A stretch of 63,942 nt of DNA, filler included, from Octopus bimaculoides (Eukaryota), in assembly GCF_001194135.2 (NCBI RefSeq). It is 5 parts of 5 records of this genome, joined end to end, with 100 filler letters (N's around TTAATTAATTAA, not from the genome) between each part and the next. Parts side by side here need not be neighbours in the genome. Positions count along the whole stretch, not along the records: positions 1 to 27,152 come from NC_069000.1; 4 more parts are not named here. One strand, given 5' to 3'. The position numbers and the translations under genes were made by a program. Positions 1-10,198 of this stretch are shown here, piece by piece (position 1 is the stretch's first letter; the number at the start of each line of letters is the position of its first letter). The notes under the pieces were generated by a model. That model saw only the letters and a list, made by a program, of their open reading frames with translations. It was not told the DNA's origin and did no database searches.

Positions 1-917
1 CACCGTTACCATCACCACCACCATCGTCATCATCATCACACCACCACCACCACCGTTACCATCACCACCACCATCGTCATCATCATCATCACCATCATGT
101 TAGCATGTATTTGTTGCTGTTGTTTAGTCCAGATCAGTCATGATTGAGTAAACTTTTGATTAAAGATGTTCCAGACCTGACCACCCTGACATTTTACATA
201 GTGTATCATTACCAGTGTGTACCAGTGCTCTTAGCTTTTAGATGATGGAAAAGAGTGGTTTGAGGGAACTTTGGTGTCTATTTCTAACTGGTTGAATGAC
301 AAATATAAAGGCTCCCCTCATTGACTAGCTTTACATTAGCTATAATAAATCTGATCTTGACTCAAAGACACTCCATCCACAACCATCTTGTGTTTTATTC
401 AGACATGGTGTATCTGAAACTTTATTATCCAATGTCTCCTTCCATTTTTAAGACAGAAAATCTCATAAAGATTTTACTGCTGTTTCTAGCAGGATGAGCA
501 ACCACATAGGCACTCCCTTGCTAACATTGGTTTGCTCTTTTCATGATTCTATAGCTTCATACTTGGGAGACCCAACGTCTGCAAAACCTAGTTTTGAGTT
601 TGGTCCCACTGTGTGGCATCTTGGGCACATGTCTTCTACTTTAAGCCTCAGGCCAACCAATGTCTTGTGAGTGAATTTGATAGCTGGAAACTGTGTGGAA
701 GCCTGTTATATATATATAATATAAATAATTTGGGAAAACAAATTTCCAAATCAACCAGGTACAACCCTTCAGCTTTATATGCATCTACATATCATACCTT
801 GGGGGTCTTATTTATCATATATTTATATATTTATATATTTATCTATAAACATACAAAGTATCTGATAGAAGGCAATATTAAATCAATATTAAATATATAT
901 ATATAAATATATATATA

Positions 918-1092
918 GGCAGAGGTGAGGCTGTGTGGTAAGAAATCTGGTCAACCTGCTTCCCAACAGCAAGGTTCCAGGTTCAGTCCCACTGCATGGT
1001 ACCTTGGGCAAATGTCTTCCACTATACCCCTGGGCTGACCAAAGCCTTGCAAGTGGATTAGGTGGACAGGAACTGAAAGAAGCCAGTCTGCA
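918..1092 (+). mobile_element. tRNA-derived SINE family A, head and core, running into a (TG)/(TA) microsatellite
   Basis: GGC..GGCTGTGTGGTAAG (A-box-like) and GGTTCAGTCCC (B-box-like) head followed by CTTGGGCAAATGTCTTC..GACCAAAGCCTTG core; the same sequence recurs at 13278, 21489, 26963, 59490 and on the minus strand at 17571-18116 and 62808-62888. Confidence 0.85.
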
Positions 1093-1112
1093 TGCATGTA
1101 TGTATGTATGTA

Positions 1113-1179
<67 letters not shown>

Positions 1180-1451
1180 ATGTATGTGTGCATGTATATG
1201 TGTATATATGTATTTGCGTGTATGTATATATGTATATGTGTGTATATATNNNNNNNNNNNNNNNNNNNNNNNNNNNNNNNNNATATATATATATATATAT
1301 AATTATGTGTATTTCTTCTATCTTAATGAATAAAAATTCTTCTGATAGAATAAATGGGTTAATAGAAACCAATGTAGCAAAGAACACAAAATAACTGTGG
1401 TTTAGTTCCTGTTTTTAAGGCAGGAACTCCTTGAAATTTTGGGTATTTGAG

Positions 1452-1632
1452 TATATTTAAGAATTTAAGGATTGGAGAAAACGCATGTTATAATTGCAGA
1501 CTTTATTCCTACATATGTTTCAAAGGATTACAACCTGTGGATCACACAGGTTGTAATCCTTTGAAACATATGTAGGAATAAAGTATGCAATTATAACATG
1601 CGTTTTCTCCAATCCTTAAATACTTAAATATA
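1452..1632. repeat. Near-perfect fold-back palindrome, 88-bp arms, 5-nt loop
   Basis: 1452-1539 is the reverse complement of 1545-1632 with two mismatches (1462/1622, 1499/1585); loop GATCA at 1540-1544. Confidence 0.95.
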
Positions 1633-2542
1633 TATATATATGTATGTATGTATGCATGCATGCATGTATGTGTGTGTGTACCTGTGTGTGCATTTTTGTG
1701 TTTGTGTTTGTCCCCTAACCAGCACTTAATAACTGGTGTTGGTTTGTTTAATCCCCATAATTTAGTAGTTTGGCAAAAAGAGACCAATAAAAGAAGTTCC
1801 AGACTTTAGAAAAAAAAAAGAAGTACTGTGATTGATTTATTCTTCTAAAACTCTTCAGAGTGGAGTCCCAGTGCATGGCCACAGCTTGGCGATAGCGGTA
1901 TTGAAACAAACACAAAAATTCCTCTATTTGAGTCATTTAGAAATATTAATATAGCTAAAAAGGACAATGGCCTAGATATGGTAAATTATGTGACAAATTT
2001 GAATGGATGGACCCCTTTTTCTGTAGATTCTGATTGTTCCGTTTTTAACTAAAGCTAAAAACACAAAGCTTAAATGCTACAAGCATGATGTTAATTAACT
2101 CATCTATAACATTGTTCCTTAAGCAGCTAAGATGCATCTGTTAAATATTCTTTTCTGATACACGACGCACCACTCTAATATAACTTTACTTTTGTAGACT
2201 AATATTGAAAACCTGAATATATTAATTTAAACTTGTTTGCTGTGCCGTAGTTTTGCTTAATGGCTTAAGGTTAAAATAGAAACTGTGCATCAAAATGTTT
2301 CTTCCCTGTTTAGAAATCCCATTTTGATTTAATGGGTATGTCTGTAACTTATTAATAATAATCTGATTCATTCAACCAATCTTATGAGAAAAATAATTAA
2401 GTTCAGTTATTGTACGATGAGTTTAATGCATTGAAATAGAGATATAGGAATGGCAAAGTATCTGACAAAATGAAGTCTGCCTGCCCATTTGCTGCTGTCA
2501 TTCAATTTGACTATTATATTTTGTATTGAATTTCATAAGTTC

Positions 2543-2574
<32 letters not shown>

Positions 2575-2866
2575 ATAATACAAATAATATGTGAGTATAT
2601 GCATATATACGTACATGTATGTACATACCTACATCTACATGTATATATAGATGCATATCTGGGTACAGGACGTCACAAAAAAAACGTGGACAAAATGAAA
2701 CAGGACATAAACAGAGCACAGAAAACAAACAAGCCACATAGAAAATGTTTCCTTCAGACGCATTGTTAGAATAGCTCTTCCCGCGGAAACAAATTAAATT
2801 AAATTAAATTAAATTTGTAATGCGGAGGAATTAAGTGGCAAACAGAAAACACGACAGGAAAACAAA

Positions 2867-2911
<45 letters not shown>

Positions 2912-2918
<7 letters not shown>

Positions 2919-3121
2919 TAAAACAGTTTGATTTGGTTCCGTGTGACTTAAAGTTTCACAGGCTTCTAACAGCTGCCTGTCTCTTTCAGGGTTTAAATTA
3001 CTGAATGGAGACGTACAGGAAGACCAATTTGGCAATCTAAAGCCTGAAAGAGACTGGCTTCCGTTAGAGGCCTGTGAAACTTTAAGTTGCATAGAACCAA
3101 ATCAATCTGTTTTAAATAATA
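2912..3121. repeat. Imperfect fold-back element (~90-bp arms, 28-nt loop) with TA ends; hammerhead-like motif in each arm
   Basis: 2913-3002 vs reverse complement of 3031-3120: 76/90 ungapped by hand count; begins and ends in TA next to a (TA)n tract. Confidence 0.9.
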
Positions 3122-3869
3122 CTCGTAGCTCCTACTAAATGTGTCGTGTGCCCTTTTCTTTCATTTGTCCATTCATGTATCATCATCATCATCATCATCA
3201 TTGTTTAACGCCCACCTTGAACAGTTTGACAGGAGCCGGCCAGGTAGAAGACTACTCTAGGCTACTGTGTCTGTTTTGGCAGGGGTTTTTACGGCTGGAT
3301 GCCCTTCCTAACTAACCACTCTGCAGAGTGGACTGAGTACTTTTTACATGGCATCAGCACAGGCGAGGTCAGTGTGGTAAGAAATCTGGTCAATCTGGGT
3401 TGTCAGAGAAAATGGGATTAATTATATCTTCCCTGCACCTACACGTTCAGCAATTACTAATCACTTTGAGCTCCATTTTATGCTTTCCTCCTATTCTGGT
3501 GCAAAGACATTTTAAATTTTTGTTCTACAATAAAAAACACTTTGGTTTTTCTTTGAGTCATGTGTTTCTTTGCCAGTGCTGAGAATTTTCTTCATCAATT
3601 TCTTCTTTTTTTTTTTTTGCTTTTCTCAAGTAGGGACTTTTCTTGCCCTCATTTTAGGAGGATATTACTCAGCCTCATTTTTGTTTTGTATTGTTATGAG
3701 ACCGTAGTGAATGGCAGAATCACTAGAGTGATAAATTCAATTATATGCATTTTACATTCTAAGTTAAAATCCTGCCAAGGTCAATTTTGCTTTCACCAAC
3801 CCAGAAACAAAGAAATAATTACTTGTCAAGTATTGGGCCCAGTCTCATAAATTGTTCTGTCATCATTAT

Positions 3870-4310
3870 CATCATCATCATCATCATCATTTAAAGTCTG
3901 CTTTCTATGCTAGTATAGGTTTGACAGCTTGATAAGAACTGGTAAGGCCAGGGACCACACCAGGTCTCACAATCTGTTTTGGTTTGGTTTTCTATGGTTG
4001 GATGCCCTTCCTAACACCAACCACTTTACAGAGTGTACTGGGTGCTTTTTTTATGTAGCAACATCACCAGTGCTTTTTATGTGTTACCAGTACCAGTGCT
4101 TTTTATATGGTACCAGCACCCATACCAAAGCTTTTTACATGGTACCTTGGTTTTTAAGATCTCAATTCTGTTGTGGTAGGTGGGTCTTCTCAAGTACAGC
4201 AATGCACCACATATCTTGGTCAGCTCCTTTATAAGGTTCAACGTTTTCAGATCAGCCTTCAGTAATTCATCCCATGTCTTCCTGGGTCTCCCTCTTCCAC
4301 AACTTTCCTT
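3870..4310 (-). mobile_element. 3' end of an RTE-clade LINE with its 3' UTR and (GAT)n tail
   Basis: Minus strand encodes CGRGRPRKTWDELLKADLKTLNL (typical RTE ORF2 C-terminus), then the abundant GTTAGGAAGGGCATCC..AGCATGGAAAGCGGACGTTAAA(TGA)n repeat. Confidence 0.8.
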
Positions 4311-4635
4311 CTGCTCCCTTAACCAGAAACTTAATTGGAAACAATTATTATCATTATAGATCAGATTAGAGCCTGGTGCAGCCATCTGGCTCGCCAGTCC
4401 TCATTCAAACCGTCCAACCCATGCCAGCATGGAAAGCGGATGTTAAATAATGATGATTATGATGGTTTCCACTGAGGTTGACTATGCCTTACATCCTTTT
4501 GGAGTCAATAAACTAAGTACCAGTCAAATACTGGGGTTGATGTGATTGAGTGTCCCTCTCCCCACAAAAGTCCAGGCCTTGTGCCTTTGGTAGAAAGGAT
4601 TATTATTATTATCATTATTACCCAGTGAAAACTAT

Positions 4636-5045
4636 GGACACATAAGAAATGCAGCAGTATCAGAGGAAGGTTAACAGGGAAAATAGTTTTTGTGTGGGGG
4701 AGGTACACAGGTACAATTAACACCAAAACTGTGCAGAAAATAGACTCCATCAAATGCCAATGGGGAAACTAGAAGTAGTTGATAGCTTCCATTACCTAGG
4801 TGACCAAGTCAGTAGCAGAAGTGATGCTCCAAGAGTGTAGCTTCTAAAAGAAGAATAGGTTGGGTGAAGTTCAGAGAGTTCCTACCACTGTTGGTAACTA
4901 AGGGCCTCTTTCTCAGAGTGAAAGGCAAATTATATGATGCTTGTGTGCGAAGAGCCATGCTACACAGAGTGAAACATGGGCTGTGACCACTGAGTACATG
5001 CGAAAGCCTGGAAAGAAATGAAGTTAGTATGCTTCACTGGATGTG
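4636..5045 (+). mobile_element. RTE-clade LINE reverse transcriptase C-terminal fragment (frameshifted)
   Basis: Translates across frameshifts as KLEVVDSFHYLGDQVSS..RIGWVKFREFLPLLVTKGLFLRVKGKLYDACVRRAML..SETWAV. Confidence 0.85.
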
Positions 5046-5065
5046 GTGGTGGTGGTGGTGGTGGT

Positions 5066-5352
5066 TATTATTATTATTATAACTTGAATTTTGTTGAAAC
5101 TCTTGGAGTCTTGCATGCATAGCAGGCTTGCTACCTGCAGCCTATGACACCATGCCATCTGTTCTTTTCAACTATCTAATACTTTCCTGATGATTCTGGC
5201 TGTGACAGGGCACTCTCTTCCAATTTCATTAATATTCCTCTTGATTCCTTCTGATACTGTCACCAAGAACCCAACATTAATTGGCACTATCTTTACCTTT
5301 ATCATTTTCTGCAGACAAACTATCTTGTATTTCCACAGTTGAGCTATCTCAG
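5066..5352 (-). mobile_element. 3' stub of an R4/Dong-like REL-endonuclease LINE ending in (TAA)n
   Basis: Minus strand reads KVKIVPINVGFLVTVSEG..TARIIRKVLDS*, followed by a short UTR and an ATA/TAA tail. Confidence 0.7.
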
Positions 5353-5368
5353 ATTTTTATTATTATTA

Positions 5369-6449
5369 TCAGGTCATTAAGAATGAAATGTCCGGTTTTG
5401 AACTGAAAGTTTATTTTACTTTATTTCAACAAAAGGCAATGCATTTAATCAAAGTATGCACCTAAATTATCAACACAATTTTGCAATTTTATTGGTAGCT
5501 TATTCTTGCCAGCAGTGAAGAATTCTGGAGAGTGAGAGGTGATGAAATCATGAAAGGCTGTTTTTGCATCTTCAGATTTGAAGGTTTTCCTTGTAAAATG
5601 TTGTCTAATGCCCGGAAAACATGATGGTCAGTTGGTGCAAGGTCTGGTGAATACGGTGAATGACAGAGTGCTTTCAAGTTCAGTTCCTGTAACTTGAGTA
5701 GCATTCTTTGTGCAACATGTGGTCAAGCATTGTCTTGCAAGAGAATTAGCCTGTCTCTGTTGACCAATCTCAGTTGTTTAATTGCAAGTTCACTCATAAT
5801 TTCATCCAGTTGGTTGATGTATACTTCCACTGTAATTGACTTACCAGGTCTCGTGAAGCTGGAGTGAATGACATCAGTGCTGGACCACCAAACAGACACC
5901 ATTAGCTTTTTTGGTGAACATTCTTCTTTGGATTATTTTTTGGCACTTCGTCTCTATCCAACCATCATGCAGAATGCTTGCTATTGTTGAAAAGAATCCA
6001 TTTTTCATCACACGTAACAATACAATGCGAAAATGGTTCACTTTTATGCCATGGCAGCAAAGAACAGCAAGTTTCAAGACGTGTCATTTGATGCTCATTC
6101 AGTTCATGTGGCACCAGCTTCTTTACCTTGCTGATTTGTTTCAGATGATCCAATACAGTTGGAATCGAAACATCAAACCTTGCTGCTAACTCATGCCTAG
6201 TTTGAGATGTATTCACTTCCACTACAGTTTCCAGCTCAACATTATCCACCTTGGTCTCAGGTCTACCACGGGGCTGATTTTCAAGATTGAACTCACAATA
6301 TAATCATACACCATGAATTGCATTTCGAAAAGTGATGATGTAACTCTTCAATGTTGTAAAACAAAGAATTGTCAGAATAAAACATTGGAGTTAACGACTG
6401 TCAAACTTGGTGCATAAGAAAATCAGACATTTTGTTCTTAATGACCTGA
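5369..6449 (-). mobile_element. Decayed mariner (D,D34D-type) DNA transposon with both TIRs
   Basis: TIRs TCAGGTCATTAAGAATGAAATGTCCG (from 5369, preceded by TA) and CAGACATTTTGTTCTTAATGACCTGA (to 6449). Transposase motifs on the minus strand: ELAARFDVSIPTVLDHLKQI, (W)VPHEL, IVTCDEKW, HSPYSPDLAPTD. Broken by stops and frameshifts. Confidence 0.93.
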
Positions 6450-7019
6450 TTTTATTATTATTATTATTGTTAGTAGTAGTAGTATTGTTAGGAAGAGGAG
6501 GGCATAATTGTTTCCATGCTGGACAAAATCCTTAGCAGCTTTTCTTCTGGTTCTTTATGCTCTGAGTTCAAGTGCTGCTGAGGTTAACTTTGCCTTTCAT
6601 CCTTGTAGGTCGATAAAATAAGTACAAGTTCAGTACTGTAATTAAGGTAATTAATTATCCTCCTCCTTTAAAAGATTTCAGGCCTTGTACCTACACTGGG
6701 CAAAATGCTTTGTGAAACTTCATCTGGCTTTACTTTCGGAGGTCAACTTGCCCTTTCATCCTTTTTGGGGTCGATAAAATAAGTACTAATCAAGTACTGG
6801 GTTCAACAAAATTGACTAGCCTCCTAACCCCAAAATTTCAAGACTTGTGTCTACAGATGAAAAGATCATTATTATTATAACTGGATCTATAGAATAAATA
6901 GAGAAGCAGACAAAAGTCTTTACTATTTTGTGTTATGTTCTGCATTTGAATCACAAGAAGGAATTTTAATTTTGTCAGGGTTGATAAAATAAGTATCAAA
7001 TATGGTGGTCTGTATCCCT

Positions 7020-7330
7020 TCTAAATATGAGACCATGTGTCTAACATAGACACAAGGGTGGGGAGAGAAGTGTCACCTACTCTGTAAACTTGTTGAAAGG
7101 TAGGTAAGGTAGGTGGGAATGGCCAGCATGGTCTGAGAGGGTGGTCATGCTCTGAATATGTACTTTTAGGTTGTGGGTAGAATTTTGGGAAGACGGTACA
7201 AGCCTTTGGATAACAGGGCAGTCTGGGAATCATATGGGGATTTCCTCATTGGCTTTATGTGATGGTTCCCTCTTTTTCTTTTTTTTCTTCCTTAGTAGTT
7301 TGGTCTAGCGGAAATAGTTATGGCAGTGGC
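7020..7330 (-). mobile_element. Possible highly degraded Penelope-like RT fragment
   Basis: Minus-strand PKFYPQPKSTYSEHDHPLRP resembles the PLE RT motif PxFYxLPKIHKxxxPLRP; only this motif supports the call. Confidence 0.4.
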
Positions 7331-7607
7331 CTTCACTATTTTTCAGAGTCTGGTGAAATCAATGTGATTGATGATGAACATTTGTAAGCTGACAGCTGCA
7401 GGAAAGATATGTACAGGGAAGAAAATCCAAAGGATCAATGTTTTGGGGAAGAAAGTACTGGGGGTTGCTGGTAAATGCAAGGTTTGGGGAGGGGCAGGGG
7501 AAATAATTTGGATGAGAAAAAGAGGAGAAGAGTTTGAGTTGGCAGTTTCTAAGTGGAGAGGGCGTGAAACCAGCTATCTCTGAAAAGCAGAGACCATTTT
7601 AGTAGTG

Positions 7608-7645
<38 letters not shown>

Positions 7646-8152
7646 NNNNNNNNNNNNNNNNNNNNNNNNNNNNNNNNNNNNNNNNNNNNNNNNNNNNNNN
7701 NNNNNNNNNNNNNNNNNNNNNNNNNNNNNNNNNNNNNNNNNNNNNNNNNNNNNNNNNNNNNNNNNNNNNNNNNNNNNNNNNNNNNNNNNNNNNNNNNNNN
7801 NNNNNNNNNNNNNNNNNNNNNNNNNNNNNNNNNNNNNNNNNNNNNNNNNNNNNNNNNNNNNNNNNNNNNNNNNNNNNNNNNNNNNNNNNNNNNATAGCTG
7901 TCAAATCTCTCTCAAATTACACCACTGTGTTTAAAAAAATATGGGAAGATATATTGGATAAAGAAGTCATGGATATATGAAAAGATGATGTGGTCATGGT
8001 TGGAAAGTCATACTTGATCAATCAGCAGGGCTAATCTAAAGCTAACAGTAATAACAACAGTTCTTTTTCTTCTCTATAATCGAACAACTCAAATTGAAAT
8101 TAAGAAATTGTGATGAAAAACACCTTACTCTTATACACACATTGCTTACACA

Positions 8153-8192
<40 letters not shown>

Positions 8193-8924
8193 CACCCAAC
8201 ACATGGCAAATGAATTGACTGTATCAAGGGCAGGGAACCACCTCTGCCATAGCAGCAGCAGCAGACTACAACAGCACAAGTGTTTATGATCCAAATATCT
8301 AGTGTTCAATGAACAAGAACGAGCTGTTTGTATCTCTATGAGCTGAAACAATAGCAGTTGCATACATGAAAAGGAAAGTGAAAGTAGAGAGAGAGTCAGT
8401 GAAAGAGAGAGAAAGAGAGAGGTGCTGCCCTCTATCAAATTTAATAAAACATGGGTGAGAGTGACTAAACGAGTCTATTACAAACAGAGGGTGTGGTTTG
8501 GCAGCAAAAAGTGGGAGAAGGTTTTTGTTTTTGATGTCTTAGGGTACTCAAAGCTTACGTAATGGGGTACCTAGAATCACACTACATGCTTGCTTGCCCC
8601 TGCTATTTTAAGGACCTCTTCTTGTTGTTAATTTATTGTTTATCTTTTATTTGTTTCAGTCATTAAACTGTGGCCATGCTGGAGCACCGCCTTCAATATA
8701 ATAGAAAGTTGTTTATTTATTCATTTATCAAGGTGTCTTTATTATTTGTCAATACCAACCTTTTAGCCCATATATCAACCGACATCATCCTTCTAATGCT
8801 CTGCTGTTTGTTATTATTGTTGTTCTTTATCTTTCACCTTTGTAACATTGTCAGTGTTTGGGCCCTTGTGGTACATACAAAACGACCATTACCATTAATG
8901 ATACCGGTAGTGGTATTAGTAATG

Positions 8925-8927
8925 GGC

Positions 8928-8958
<31 letters not shown>

Positions 8959-9375
8959 TCGTGGTGGTGGTGGTGGTAGCAGTAGTAGTAGTAATATTTG
9001 TATTAGTACTAGTAATAGTAGTAGTTGTTGTAGTGATGGTGATGGTAGTAGTGGTAGTGGTGGTGGTAGTTTGGTGACAGCAGCAGTAGTAGTAGTAGTA
9101 GTAGTACATGCGCTGGTGGTAGTAATAGTAGTAGCAGTAGTAATGGTGGTGGTGATACTAGTAGCGGTAGTGGTGACAGTAGTTGTGATGGTGGTGGTAG
9201 TAGCAGTAGCAGTAATAGTAGTAGCAGAAATAGATGTGGTGATAGTGGTCGTAGTAGATGTGGTGGTGGTGGTATTGTAGTAGTAGTAGTAGTAATGGTG
9301 GTGGTGATAGTGGTAGTGGTGGTTGTAGTAGTTGTAGTAGTGATGGTGGCAGTGGTGGTAGTAGTAGTAGTGTTC
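8925..9375. repeat. Compound (GTA)/(GTG)/(GCA) trinucleotide microsatellite
   Basis: Direct inspection; accounts for the poly-V/T/S ORFs in the track. Confidence 0.95.
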
Positions 9376-10133
9376 TCTCATTGATAACTGTTACAGTTAT
9401 ATTGATTAGCTTTCGACAACAACGCTGGTCTGTTGTGCACTACAAAAATAGCAGCAACAACAACAACAATGACGATGTGTGACTCTTCTAGTCTACTTGA
9501 TATTCACACAGAAACTCTTCCTGTTGCTGAGCACACACACACACACACACACACAGAGGAACACACGAACACACACACATGAACACACTCATGCACATAC
9601 ATGCGTACAACACTTAGGTACATCTGGCTGTCACTTCTTTTTTAGGAGGAGAAAACGAAAGGAAAAATGAATGGAGAAAAGAACAAGAGGTGGAGACAAG
9701 ATTTTTAGAGAGGGTGGGAGGAAACTGTGTTTAGAGAGAGGGCATCAAATGTTGTCTATGTATGAGAAAAAGGAGAGAGAAAAAGAGAGAGAGAGATAGA
9801 GAGAGAGTTGCAGCTTGATCATTTTCTTTTAACATTAGTGTAATGACATTGAGATAGAGTGGAATAAATTGGAAGACAAAAGATAAATAGAAGAGAGAGA
9901 GGGGGGGGGAGAAAAGCAGAAAAGATTATTGTGGTTGGGTCGTGAGTGTGAGTTGATGGAATAACTGGAGAGAGAGAGGGGAGGGAGCGAGAGAGAGAGA
10001 AAAGAAAGGAGAGATTTTAGACAAACAGTCAATGAAATGTGCTGATGAATGGAAGGATAGAGAGACAGGTAGTTACATAGATAGACAGACAAATAGACAA
10101 AAAGACAAGCTGGTAATCAAGTCAATCAGCTAT

Positions 10134-10198
<65 letters not shown>

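Noticed and set aside
1941-1980. 40-nt micro-exon candidate (TTTAG|..ATG|GTAAAT)
   Set aside because: Weak polypyrimidine tract and too short to distinguish from chance in AT-rich DNA.
2641-2870. PLE-tail-like fragment next to the 2912-3121 palindrome as an additional ribozyme
   Set aside because: The minus strand has CTGAAGGAAAC but no stems or cleavage triplet can be built.
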